Source of the DNA: an uncultured delta proteobacterium
Lineage (GTDB): Bacteria > Desulfobacterota > Binatia > UBA9968
Length of the DNA: 64,000 bases
Reading direction: 5' to 3'
NCBI GenBank assembly: GCA_963767275.1
Contig: CAVYDL010000007.1
Coordinates: forward strand, 190,420 to 254,419
The translations under genes were made by a program, and so were the position numbers. Below are positions 38,477-48,527 of the stretch, in pieces. Position 1 is the first letter of the stretch. Each line of letters starts with the position of its first letter. Under the pieces are notes generated by a model. The model did no database searches. It had not been told where the DNA came from and saw only the letters and a list, made by a program, of their open reading frames with translations.

Positions 38477-39602
38477 GCAAACGAGGCAGGTCATGTTGGT
38501 GGTTGGCGAAGCATCCGGCGATGTTCATGGCGCCAACCTGGTGCAAGCCCTGCATCGACAGGATTCCCAGCTTAAGATCTTTGGTGTCGCCGGCGAGCAG
38601 TTGCAGAAAACCGCATTCGAGACGCTTTTTAACGTATCGAAACTAACCGGCATGGGGCTGGTGGAGCTCGCTGGCAACGTAAAAAATATTTGGCGCGCCT
38701 ATCACCTATTGAGAGATGCGCTCAAACAGCGCCGGCCCGATCTGCTGATTCTCATCGATTTTCCCGACTTCAATCTGCGCCTGGCGCGAATCGCGAAATC
38801 TCTGCGAATTCCCGTGCTCTATTACATCAGTCCGCAAATTTGGGCTTGGCGCCGGGGGCGGGTGCGCAAGATCGCCAAAACGGTCGACCGGATGGCCGTG
38901 GTGTTTCCCTTTGAAGTTGATTTTTACCGTCGCCATGGCGTGAACGTGGAGTTTGTCGGCCATCCATTGCTAGAGACGGTCACCACGAATCAAAGTCGTG
39001 ACACGGTACTGGCGCATCTCGGCCTCGATCCCACTAAAAAAACCGTCGCCCTGTTGCCGGGCAGCCGCGATGGCGAGGTCAGCCGTCACCTGCCGGTGAT
39101 GCTGGCTGCCGCGCTGCAGATGCGCACCAATGATAATGTGCAATTCTTTTGTCTGCGTGCGAGCACCATCGATGCCGCCGAGTTGATAGCGATGATTGGC
39201 GATAGCAAAATTCCCGTGGTCGAACGGGATCGCTACGACGCGGTAGGGGCGGCCGACCTGGTTTGGACGGCTTCGGGCACGGCTACTCTCGAAACCGCGC
39301 TCCTGACCCGGCCCATGGTAATCATCTATAGAGTGTCGTGGCTCACTTATTGGATTGCCCGGCTCCTGGTCCGGGTGGACCATATCGGCATGGTCAATTT
39401 GATTGCCGGGAAGCGCCTGGTGCCGGAGCTGCTCCAAGGCGAGGTCAATCCCCAGCGGCTCATCGGCGAAAGCCGCCGATTGTTAACCGACAACAACCTG
39501 CGTGCGGGCATCGTCGAGGAACTTACCCGGTTGCGCGAGCGCTTGGGCTCGCCGGGCGCCGCCGACCGCGTGGCGGCGATCGCAATCGAGATGATGGCAT
39601 GA
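38469..39602 (+). CDS. lpxB: Lipid-A-disaccharide synthase
   Basis: GEASGD, IDFPDFN, SPQIWAWR, LLPGSR, SGTATLE. Confidence 0.96.
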   Translation: MAKQTRQVMLVVGEASGDVHGANLVQALHRQDSQLKIFGVAGEQLQKTAFETLFNVSKLTGMGLVELAGNVKNIWRAYHLLRDALKQRRPDLLILIDFPDFNLRLARIAKSLRIPVLYYISPQIWAWRRGRVRKIAKTVDRMAVVFPFEVDFYRRHGVNVEFVGHPLLETVTTNQSRDTVLAHLGLDPTKKTVALLPGSRDGEVSRHLPVMLAAALQMRTNDNVQFFCLRASTIDAAELIAMIGDSKIPVVERDRYDAVGAADLVWTASGTATLETALLTRPMVIIYRVSWLTYWIARLLVRVDHIGMVNLIAGKRLVPELLQGEVNPQRLIGESRRLLTDNNLRAGIVEELTRLRERLGSPGAADRVAAIAIEMMA

Positions 39603-41380
39603 AAAAAACCGAACGTCTCAGTTCAATAAAAACCTACCGGCGGTTGTTGCAGTTCTTGAAGCCGTATATCTGGCCCTATTTCGTGTTGGCGATGATTTGT
39701 ATGGTGGCGTTCGGCGCCACCGATGGTTCGATACCATTTCTGGTACAGCCGATCATGGACGATGTGTTCGGCAAGCGCGATCAAGCCATGCTGAACTTGA
39801 TTCCTTTTCTAGTGATCGGGCTGTTCGCGTTTCGTGGCTTGATGAACTTCGGCCAAAGCTATCTTACCGACTACGTCGGCCTGCGCATCATCAACGATGT
39901 GCGCAATGCGCTCAATCGCCACTTCCAATCGCTATCGCTGGCGTTTTTTTACCGCCATCCCACCGGGACGCTGATCGCCCGGGTCAACAGCGACGTGGTC
40001 TTGCTGCGCTTCGCGATCACCGATGCGCTGGCGTCGTTTCTGAAAGATACCACGTCGTTGATCGCTCTGGTCACGGTCGCATTTCTCAAAGATTGGGTGC
40101 TCGCTTCCATCGCATTCTTCGTATTTCCCGCCTCCGTGCTGCCGATCATGCGACTGAGCCGGAACATCAAAAAATTTACCAAGCGCGGGCAGGTGAGCAC
40201 GGGCAGGCTCACGGTGCTGTTGCAAGAGAGCATTCAGGGCAACCGCATCGTCAAAGCGTTCGGCATGGAAGATTACGAAGACCGGCGCTTCATGACGGAG
40301 AACTGGCGGCTGTTCAAAGATTCCCTGCGCGCCAGCCGAATCAAGTCGATCGTTGCGCCGTCCATGGAGCTGCTAGCCTCCTTCGGTATCGGCGGCGTGG
40401 TTTGGTACGGCGGTTGGAGCGTTATCGCCGGCGGGCGCACCCAAGGCGAATTCTTTGCCTTCATGGCCGCGATGTTTTTGATGTATGCTCCTTTTAAAGG
40501 GTTGAGCCGTACTTACACGGCGGTCCATCAGGGGCTTGCAGGCGCCGAACGGGTCTTCGAAATACTCGACGAGAAACCGGGGATTACCGACCGGCCGGGC
40601 GCCCAACCCGCAAAACCGTTCGCGAGCAAAATCGAGCTGCAAAATGTCAGCTTCGCCTATGGCAAGAGTCCGGTACTTAAAAATATCGATCTCATCATCG
40701 AGGCCGGCCAAATGGTCGCCTTGGTGGGCATGAGCGGCGTCGGTAAAAGCACCCTGGTCGACCTGATCCCGCGTTTCTACGACGTCAATGCGGGCCGCAT
40801 ACTAGTCGACGGTGTGGATGTTCGCGAGCTCACGGTGCAATCGCTGCGCGGCCAAATCGGCATCGTCACCCAGCATACTTTTCTGTTCAACGACAGCATT
40901 CGTAACAACATCGCCTACGGCGATCCGGAGCGCGATATGGAAGCGATCATCGCCGCCGCCAAGGCGGCCCATGCGCACGAGTTCATCATCGCGATGCCCA
41001 ACGGGTATGATTCGGAGATCGGCGAAATGGGCTTGCAACTCTCCGGCGGGCAGCGCCAACGCATAGCGATCGCGCGGGCTTTATTGAAGGATGCGCCGAT
41101 CCTGATTCTCGACGAAGCGACTTCGTCCTTGGACGCCGAATCCGAACGCTCGGTGCAGGAAGCATTGGAGACTCTGATGCGCACGCGGACGACGATCGTC
41201 ATCGCCCATCGGTTGTCGACGATCCGCAAGGCCGACCGGATCGTCGTCATGGTCGACGGCGCCATCGCTGAGGAAGGCACCCACGACGAGTTGTTGGCGC
41301 GGGATCGAGAGTACAGCCGGCTGTACTCGCTGCAACTGCTCGAAAATCGTTCGGTCAACGAAGTCGAATTGGTGCACTAG
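39599..41380 (+). CDS. msbA: Lipid A export ABC transporter
   Basis: Membrane domain plus [22 protein letters not shown]; lpxB-msbA-waaA-lpxK context. Confidence 0.93.
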   Translation: MKKTERLSSIKTYRRLLQFLKPYIWPYFVLAMICMVAFGATDGSIPFLVQPIMDDVFGKRDQAMLNLIPFLVIGLFAFRGLMNFGQSYLTDYVGLRIINDVRNALNRHFQSLSLAFFYRHPTGTLIARVNSDVVLLRFAITDALASFLKDTTSLIALVTVAFLKDWVLASIAFFVFPASVLPIMRLSRNIKKFTKRGQVSTGRLTVLLQESIQGNRIVKAFGMEDYEDRRFMTENWRLFKDSLRASRIKSIVAPSMELLASFGIGGVVWYGGWSVIAGGRTQGEFFAFMAAMFLMYAPFKGLSRTYTAVHQGLAGAERVFEILDEKPGITDRPGAQPAKPFASKIELQNVSFAYGKSPVLKNIDLIIEAGQMVALVGMSGVGKSTLVDLIPRFYDVNAGRILVDGVDVRELTVQSLRGQIGIVTQHTFLFNDSIRNNIAYGDPERDMEAIIAAAKAAHAHEFIIAMPNGYDSEIGEMGLQLSGGQRQRIAIARALLKDAPILILDEATSSLDAESERSVQEALETLMRTRTTIVIAHRLSTIRKADRIVVMVDGAIAEEGTHDELLARDREYSRLYSLQLLENRSVNEVELVH

Positions 41381-41393
41381 GACGCCATCTGCC

Positions 41394-42690
41394 ATGTGGT
41401 TCTTTGGCTATAATATCCTCCTTGTCATGGTGTTCTTGTTGACCTTGCCGTTCATGCCATTGCTGCAATTGCTCGGCAAACGATTCAGCGCGGGGCTGGC
41501 CCAGCGTCTGGGTTATTTCCCGCCAGCGCAGGTGCACAACATGGCGGGGGCCAGGCCGGTGTGGATTCATGCCTCGTCGGTGGGGGAAGTGGGTTCGGTC
41601 ACCGCCCTGGTGCGCGAGTTGAAAAATCGCCATCCCCAGCGCCGCATAATGCTCTCGACGTTTACCGCCACTGGCAATGAAAACGCGCAGAAGTGTGCCG
41701 GGGTCGATGCCGTGATTTATTTCCCCTTGGATTTTTTGTGGACTGTCAGGCGTGCCTTGACCCAGTGGAACCCGTGCATTGATGCTGTTCGTCGAGACCG
41801 AGATTTGGCCCAATATGTTGGGCGAATGCTTTCGCCGCGGCATCCCGGCGGTGCTGCTGAGCGGGCGTTTGTCGGCACGCTCCTTTCCGCGCTACCGAAG
41901 ATTCCGCGGTTTTTTTCGCCAAGTGCTGCGGCGGTTCGCCGCCATTGGTATGCAGACCGGCGAAGATGCGGCGCGGATCGTTAGACTTGGCGCCGATGCC
42001 AACAAAGTGTCGGTGGTCGGTAGTCTCAAATGGGCCGGAGCGCCGCCGCCGTCGTCGCAATTCGCCGATGTGCCGCGACACGGTAAAAAACTGTTGATCG
42101 CAGGCAGCACCCATGCCGGTGAGGAACAGATACTGCTGGCCTGTTTCGCTATCCTGCGGCCACGCTTTCCCGAGTTGTCGATGGTCTTAGCGCCGCGTCA
42201 TCCCGAACGGTTTGGCGAAGTTGAGACGCTCCTAATAAGTAGTGGCTTTAGCTGGTGTCGCAGGAGTATGGCCGAACCGGATCGGTTATTTGCCAAGGAC
42301 ATTTTGCTGCTCGATACAGTCGGTGAGCTCAGTCAATTTTTTGCTCTGGGCGATGTCGCGTTTGTCGGCGGCAGTCTGGTCGATGTCGGCGGCCATAATA
42401 TCCTCGAACCGGCGAGGGCCGGCAAAGCGATACTGTTCGGACCCTACATGGCCAATATGCAGGCGGTTGCCGAGGCGTTCAAAGCTCAAGGCGCCGCCGT
42501 CGAAGTCGCCGACGGCGTTGCCTTGTCCGCCGCTTTGGCGAATTTGCTATCGGATGATGCCCAGCGTATTGGCATGGGCCGGCGCGCCCTCGAGGCTTCG
42601 GCCAATGGCGATGGCGCGATGCAACGCAACTACGCCTTGGCGGCGCGTTATTTGTCCGACTCGCCAATGTCGACGGCGCCGATTGGATGA
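41394..42690 (+). CDS. waaA: Kdo transferase (frameshift near 41775)
   Basis: WIHASSVGE, ETEIWPN, AGSTH.GEE, APRHPER, GGHNILEP split across two frames. Confidence 0.92.
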
Positions 42691-42717
42691 TAAATGGAAC
42701 GCCCGACTTAGTGACCT

Positions 42718-43821
42718 ATGTCTAGCCTGACCGCGCGAGGGGTGTGGGAGCGGAAGGGTGTCGCCGGCAAGCTGCTGGGAAGCTTATTATGGCCGGCGTC
42801 GATCGCTTATTCCGTGGTTGCGCAACTGCGCAACGGTTTTTTCACTCGACGATGGATCAAGTCGGTGCGTTTGCCCAGGCCGGTTATCAGCGTCGGCAAC
42901 TTAACCGTCGGCGGCACCGGCAAGACGCCGACCTGTCTTTGGCTCGCCGGTGAATTACGCCGCAAGGGTATCAAGGTGGCGATCCTGAGCAGGGGCTACC
43001 GGCGCAAGCAAAAGCAGGCGGTGATCTTGCGACCGTGCAAACTGAGCGGCGATATGACTCAAAACGAGGACGAACTGGCGCAGGCCGGTGACGAACCTTT
43101 GATGATGGCGCGGCTTTACGAGCAGACCGTGGGGGTGGGCGCCGACCGTGTGCAATCGGCTCATGAGTTGTTGCGCCACGAAGCGGGTATAGATGCTTTT
43201 ATCCTCGACGATGGTTTCCAGCATCGTCATGTCAAGCGGGATGTCGATTTAGTGCTTCTTGGCAGCGATTGTTCCGGAGCCGTGCTGCCGGCCGGTCCAT
43301 TTCGCGAACCGCCGCGTAACTTGCGACGCGGCGATTATTGGTTGATTACCGGGGCGGAGAGGCACTGGCGCCGTTACTTGCCGCCCGAGCGTTCGGACGC
43401 GGTGTTTAGCGGTACGTTGCAACCCTTGGATCTGATCACCTACGACGCGCGCCGTTGGAAACGCTACCCGCTGAGCATGCTGCATCACAGCAAGATCATG
43501 ACGGTCGCTGCGATTGCCAATCCACACAATTTTTACCAGGCGATCCATGAGTGGGAAGGGCAAATCGTCCATACCTTGGAGTTTCCCGATCACCACGCTT
43601 ACAACGCCGCGGACTGGCAGGAGATTAGCCGGATGGCGCGATTGGTCGATTTGATCGTTACCACCGAAAAAGATATTCTCAAGTTGATTCGCTTTCCCTT
43701 CGCGCGCGATAAACTGCTCGCGCTTCGGGTCGGCATGGTGGTCACCGACGGCGATCGACTGGTGTCGGCGCTGGCCGCCAGGATTCGTCAATCGCAGTCC
43801 GTGAACGATGACATCGGCTGA
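42718..43821 (+). CDS. lpxK: Tetraacyldisaccharide 4'-kinase
   Basis: SVGNLTVGGTGKTP, GDEP, LDDGFQH, TTEKD. Confidence 0.96.
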   Translation: MSSLTARGVWERKGVAGKLLGSLLWPASIAYSVVAQLRNGFFTRRWIKSVRLPRPVISVGNLTVGGTGKTPTCLWLAGELRRKGIKVAILSRGYRRKQKQAVILRPCKLSGDMTQNEDELAQAGDEPLMMARLYEQTVGVGADRVQSAHELLRHEAGIDAFILDDGFQHRHVKRDVDLVLLGSDCSGAVLPAGPFREPPRNLRRGDYWLITGAERHWRRYLPPERSDAVFSGTLQPLDLITYDARRWKRYPLSMLHHSKIMTVAAIANPHNFYQAIHEWEGQIVHTLEFPDHHAYNAADWQEISRMARLVDLIVTTEKDILKLIRFPFARDKLLALRVGMVVTDGDRLVSALAARIRQSQSVNDDIG

Positions 43822-44401
43822 ACTCCAACCGGCGGTATTTCTCGACCGCGACGGCACGCTGATTCGTGAAATCGGCTATCTGTGCCGTCCCGAGCAGATC
43901 GAACTGCTGGACGGCGTGCCGGCGGCGATCCGCGCCTTGCACGACGGCGGTTTCAAGACGGTGGTGGTGACCAACCAATCCGCGGTGGCGCGCGGCTGGC
44001 TCAGCGAAGCTGGGTTAAAGCAAATTCATCGGCTGCTTTTCGACAAGCTGGCACAGCAGGGAGCACTGTTGGACGCTATCTATTATTGTCCGCATCATCC
44101 GAGCGAGGGCATCGACGGCTACCGGCTGGTCTGCGATTGTCGTAAACCCAACCCAGGGATGATCCATCGTGCCGCCAGCGACCTGGCCTTGGCGCCAACG
44201 CGATCCTATGTGGTGGGCGATCAGGAGGTCGATCGTGAGCTCGCCCTGCGGGTGGGGGCAACGCCGGTCTTAGTGCGGCGCAACGGTGAACAGTTGTTTG
44301 TCAACGAAGTTTCTCAAACAAATGTATTCGCAAATCTAAATTTGGCCGCCGCGTGGATATTATCGCGCAAACCAGCGCCGATCGAGGAAATAATTCTATG
44401 A
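43808..44401 (+). CDS. gmhB: Heptose-1,7-bisphosphate phosphatase
   Basis: FLDRDGT, TNQS, CPHHP..CDCRKP. Confidence 0.93.
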   Translation: MTSAELQPAVFLDRDGTLIREIGYLCRPEQIELLDGVPAAIRALHDGGFKTVVVTNQSAVARGWLSEAGLKQIHRLLFDKLAQQGALLDAIYYCPHHPSEGIDGYRLVCDCRKPNPGMIHRAASDLALAPTRSYVVGDQEVDRELALRVGATPVLVRRNGEQLFVNEVSQTNVFANLNLAAAWILSRKPAPIEEIIL

Positions 44402-45339
44402 AGTCTGTCGTTACCGGCGCGGCCGGATTTATCGGTTCCCATCTAGTTGAAAAGCTGCTCGGCGCCGGCCACGAGGTGGTCGGTATCGATAACTTTCTCG
44501 ACAACTATCCGCGCCAGTTTAAAGAGAACAATCTGTCAGGTTTCCGCGATCACGCGAAATTTACCTTCATCAACGAGGATCTCACCCGCACCGATCTCAA
44601 AGCTTTACTGCGCGACGCCGGCTATGTTTTTCATCTCGCCGGCCAGCCGGGTGTGCGCTCGAGCTGGGGCAGCGAGTTTTCGCGCTACACGGAGAATAAC
44701 ATTAGCGCCACGCAGCTTTTGCTCGAAGCAGCCAAGGAGCTCAAGCTCAGCAAGTTCGTTTACGCGTCGACTTCGTCGGTATACGGCGATACCACCGATC
44801 TGCCCATGCGCGAAGATGGTTTAACGCGGCCGGTGTCACCGTACGGCGCCACCAAGTTGGCCGCCGAGCATCTTTGCCATCTCTACAGCAAAGCCTACGG
44901 TGTCCCGACTGTGGCGCTGCGCTTCTTTACGGTCTACGGCCCGCGTCAGCGCCCCGATATGTTTTTTCATATTTTCATGCGCGCGCTGTTGAACGGCGAC
45001 GCTGTGCCGCTCTACGATGACGGCGAGCAAACCCGCGATTTTACTTTTTGTTCGGACATAGTCGACGGACTGTTGAAAGCGTCGCAGTATGGGGCCGACG
45101 GCGAAGTATTCAATCTCGGCGGCGGCTCCCAAGTGAGCTTGCTCACGGCCATCGCCGTGGCGGAAAAGGCTGCCGGCATCAAGGCCACACTCCAGCGCTT
45201 CGACCGCCAGCGCGGCGATGTCCGCCATACCAGCGCGCAGTTGGACCAAGCGCGCGAGAAATTGAACTATCGGCCGCAAGTCAGTTTGGCAGAGGGACTG
45301 CAACAACAATGGCAATGGATTCATTCATTGGGGAGGTGA
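44398..45339 (+). CDS. NAD-dependent epimerase/dehydratase
   Basis: TGAAGFIG, LAGQPGVR, YGATK, YGPRQRPDM. Confidence 0.92.
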   Translation: MKSVVTGAAGFIGSHLVEKLLGAGHEVVGIDNFLDNYPRQFKENNLSGFRDHAKFTFINEDLTRTDLKALLRDAGYVFHLAGQPGVRSSWGSEFSRYTENNISATQLLLEAAKELKLSKFVYASTSSVYGDTTDLPMREDGLTRPVSPYGATKLAAEHLCHLYSKAYGVPTVALRFFTVYGPRQRPDMFFHIFMRALLNGDAVPLYDDGEQTRDFTFCSDIVDGLLKASQYGADGEVFNLGGGSQVSLLTAIAVAEKAAGIKATLQRFDRQRGDVRHTSAQLDQAREKLNYRPQVSLAEGLQQQWQWIHSLGR

Positions 45340-45342
45340 ACC

Positions 45343-46209
45343 ATGGGCGACTATAGCGAAGAAGATGTCGGCAATATTGTTTCCCTCGAACATGTCAACG
45401 TGCAGATTCCCGATCAGAGCCTGGCGACGCTATTCTATGTCGTGGGCTTGGGTTGCACGCGCGATCCTTATCTCAACGTCGGCCTCAACAACATGTGGGC
45501 CAACATCGGCGAGCAGCAATTTCACCTGCCGACGCGCAGCCCGCAGGTGATCGATGGCTATATCGGCCTGGTGGTGCCGCACTTGGAAGGGTTGGCCAAG
45601 CGGTTGGAAGCAGTCGCCGAGGGGCTCAAAGGAACCGAGTTCAGTTATCGCCAAGACGGCGAGCACATGATCGTTACCTGCCCCTGGGGCAATCGCTATC
45701 GTTGCCACGGCAGCCAAGCGGCGGCGTTCGGCGATATGGCATCAGGAATTCCTTATGTTGAATTTGCCGTCCCGCGCGGTGCCATGGCGGGCATCTTGCG
45801 GTTTTACCATGCGGCATTGGGCGCGCCGACCGTCGTCGAATCGGACGGCGAGGGTGAATTTGGCCGGGTAAAAATCGGCCGCCATCAGTCGCTGTTGTTC
45901 CGTGAAACCGACCGCGACCTCAGACCCTACGACGGTCACCATATCGCAATTTATGTGGCGAATTTTTCCACCCCCTACGGATTTTTGCAAAGCCGCGGCG
46001 GCATCACGGAAGATGTGCGCAACCATCAATTTCGTTTCAAAGCCATCGTCGATCCCGCCGACGGCAGTCCAAAGTTCACTCTAGAACATGAAGTGCGATC
46101 GCTGCGCCATCCGATGTATAACCGTTTCTTCGTCAATCGCGATGTCACTCAAAGCCAGCGGGCTTACCGGCGCGGCTGGGACGCTTTCACGCCCTATGTG
46201 CGCGCTTAG
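45343..46209 (+). CDS. Uncharacterised VOC/glyoxalase-like protein
   Basis: LEHVNVQIPD..A..FY..LG, QFHL, HHIAIY, LEHE; GGAGG RBS. Confidence 0.6.
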   Translation: MGDYSEEDVGNIVSLEHVNVQIPDQSLATLFYVVGLGCTRDPYLNVGLNNMWANIGEQQFHLPTRSPQVIDGYIGLVVPHLEGLAKRLEAVAEGLKGTEFSYRQDGEHMIVTCPWGNRYRCHGSQAAAFGDMASGIPYVEFAVPRGAMAGILRFYHAALGAPTVVESDGEGEFGRVKIGRHQSLLFRETDRDLRPYDGHHIAIYVANFSTPYGFLQSRGGITEDVRNHQFRFKAIVDPADGSPKFTLEHEVRSLRHPMYNRFFVNRDVTQSQRAYRRGWDAFTPYVRA

Positions 46210-46255
46210 GCGCTCATTCGAGTGCAAAAACTGCAACGAAATTGGAGGCTCCAAT

Positions 46256-46423
46256 ATGGCAATCAGTAAAGATCTGCTCGACATCCTCGCCTGTCCCAAA
46301 TGCAAAGGGGACATCCATCTCAATGACCAAGGCGATGGGCTGGTTTGTCAATCCTGCCGGCTGATGTACCCGATCAAGGACGATATTCCGGTAATGTTGA
46401 TCGATGAGGCGCTTCCCCTCTGA
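46256..46423 (+). CDS. Trm112/YcaR family protein
   Basis: LLDILACPKCKG..C..C..YPIKDDIPVML. Confidence 0.93.
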   Translation: MAISKDLLDILACPKCKGDIHLNDQGDGLVCQSCRLMYPIKDDIPVMLIDEALPL

Positions 46424-46425
46424 AA

Positions 46426-47517
46426 ATGCTCGCCGCCGATTGGGACAATGTGCTGGTTTTGCAGACGAGCTTTCTCGGCGACCTGGTGTTGACGTTGCCG
46501 TTGATCGCCGAAATCAGGAATAGGTATCCGGTCAAAAAACTGTCGTTGATGTGCACCCCGCTCGGTCGAGAACTTTTGCAGGATCATCCGGCGATCGACG
46601 ATATTCTCGTCGACGATAAGAAAAGAGCGCATCGGGGTTGGCGCGGGTTGGCCGCCCAGGCGGCACGACTGCGGCAGCAACGGTTTACCATAGCTCTGAC
46701 GCCGCATAAGTCTGCGCGTAGCGCTTTCATGCTCTATCGCGCGAACATTCCGCAACGAATCGGGTTTCGCCAGAGCAAGGGTTGGTTTCTCTTTCATTAT
46801 TGCGCCGAGCGCGACCCCGCCCGTCATGATGTCGAGCGGAATTTGTCGGTGTTGCAGCCTCTGGGAGTGCGGGTGGAAGATTGTGCTCGGGAGATCGAGT
46901 TGCCGCCGCGGCGGCAACTCGACGTTGCCGTATTTGATCAACTGCGGCGCCTCGGTGTCGTTGACGGCAAACCGGCCATCGGTGTGAATTCCGGCTCGGT
47001 ATGGCCGACCAAGCGCTGGTGGCTGGCAGGGTTCGCCGAATTCATCGGGCTAATAAAGGCAAAACTCGATTGTCAGGTTTTGCTTTTCGGTGGCCCGGAA
47101 GATACTCAGATCGTCGAGGAATTATTCCAACGCTGCGGCGGCGCGGCGGTTAACCTTGCCGGCAAGTTCAGCTTGCGCGAGCTACCCGCCGCGATTGGGC
47201 GCTGCCAGGTTTTCGTCACCAACGACAGCGGGCCGATGCATATCGCCGTGGCGCGCAAGGTGCCGACGGTGGCGCTCTTCTGTGCGACCACGCCAGACCT
47301 GGGTTTCTATCCCTACAGCGGCGATGCCATCGTGATTGAGAAACCGCTTGGCTGCCGTCCCTGTACGTCCCATGGCGGCAGAAGGTGCCCGTTGGTCCAC
47401 GAGAATTGCATCCGCCAGATTCGCGCACAAACGGTTTTAGCGGCGGTGCAAAAGCTTCTGGCTGGCCAGGCGAGCGGAGATCGCGAACGCTTTCTACCGG
47501 AATTTCTCGCGGCTTAA
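46426..47517 (+). CDS. waaF: LPS heptosyltransferase II (GT9)
   Basis: FLGDLVL, WPTKRW, NDSGPMHIA, CRPC. Confidence 0.85.
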   Translation: MLAADWDNVLVLQTSFLGDLVLTLPLIAEIRNRYPVKKLSLMCTPLGRELLQDHPAIDDILVDDKKRAHRGWRGLAAQAARLRQQRFTIALTPHKSARSAFMLYRANIPQRIGFRQSKGWFLFHYCAERDPARHDVERNLSVLQPLGVRVEDCAREIELPPRRQLDVAVFDQLRRLGVVDGKPAIGVNSGSVWPTKRWWLAGFAEFIGLIKAKLDCQVLLFGGPEDTQIVEELFQRCGGAAVNLAGKFSLRELPAAIGRCQVFVTNDSGPMHIAVARKVPTVALFCATTPDLGFYPYSGDAIVIEKPLGCRPCTSHGGRRCPLVHENCIRQIRAQTVLAAVQKLLAGQASGDRERFLPEFLAA

Positions 47518-47756
47518 CTTTGCCTCCGTCGCCAGCCCAGTATCGGCGGATCCGGAATAGGCACGGTTACAGAGCAATCGCGCGCACCTCTCCGCGAACC
47601 GGGGAAACAGGGCGCCGTGACGGTGCCAGTGGGCAAGTGAGACCTGCGCGCCGATGGCCTTGGCTGACGTTTAATTCTTGGCATCACGCCGCGATCGATA
47701 GCGTAACGGCAAATTTGTTCGTAGTTTATGATCCGGGCTAGGCTGATCCCGCCGGT

Positions 47757-48527
47757 ATGACTTCCGAGAAAAGTATTTGGGGCGCGATACCTGATGGTTT
47801 CCAAAAGTTGACCGACCCGCAGGGCAATCGCTTGGCGGTCCGCGCCGATCGGCAACGGGAAATTATGTTTTCCACTTGCTTGGATATCGAGAGATACGGC
47901 ACGGCGGCGGGCTATTATGGGCGCGGTGACATGCGTTCTATACAACTGGCCGACGGCACCACGGCATTGTTCCGGCGTTATCGTCATGGCGGGATTTTGC
48001 GCTCGGTAACCGGGAAATGGTTTTTTTCCTGGCCGCCGCGGCCGTTTCGAGAGTTGACTATTACCGAGGAGCTGCGCCGCAGAGGTTTCCCGACGGTGGA
48101 GGTCTATGCCGCTTGTGTCGGGAAAATCGCCGGACCGTTTTACCGCGGCTGGTTGGTGACGCGGCAATTGGAAGGCGCCCATGATCTTTGGGCCGCGCTG
48201 CACAGCGGATTCTGCCAACGCGTCGGCATCGAGGCGGTCTTGAAGGCGGTGGCGGCGGTGATTCGCCGCATGCATCGCGAGGGCGTGTATCATCACGATC
48301 TCAACCTAAAAAATATTCTGGTCCGTTCGACCGCCGCGGGCGGCGTCGAGAGTCATGTCATAGATTTTGATAAGGCGATTTTGTTCTTAGGGCAACTACC
48401 GGTGCCGCTGGCCGAAAATAATATTCAGCGCTTGTCGAGATCGATCGGCAAACTCGATCCGCAGCGGCGATATTTCCCGCCAGCGGCCTGGAACGGCTTT
48501 CTAGAGTATTACAATGGCTCTGCCTAA
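47757..48527 (+). CDS. kdkA: Kdo kinase-like LPS kinase
   Basis: GRG, RRYRHGG, RPFRE, HHDLNLKNIL, IDFD, NIQRLSRS. Confidence 0.75.
   Translation: MTSEKSIWGAIPDGFQKLTDPQGNRLAVRADRQREIMFSTCLDIERYGTAAGYYGRGDMRSIQLADGTTALFRRYRHGGILRSVTGKWFFSWPPRPFRELTITEELRRRGFPTVEVYAACVGKIAGPFYRGWLVTRQLEGAHDLWAALHSGFCQRVGIEAVLKAVAAVIRRMHREGVYHHDLNLKNILVRSTAAGGVESHVIDFDKAILFLGQLPVPLAENNIQRLSRSIGKLDPQRRYFPPAAWNGFLEYYNGSA

Noticed and set aside
41394-42690. waaA split into two genes or phase-variable
   Set aside because: No homopolymer or repeat tract at the break; removing one base restores a normal-length protein
47518-47756. Cobalamin riboswitch (aatagg..gagacctgc)
   Set aside because: Lacks the GGGAA, GCCACTG and CCCGC-ACTGT core elements, and the downstream gene is an LPS kinase
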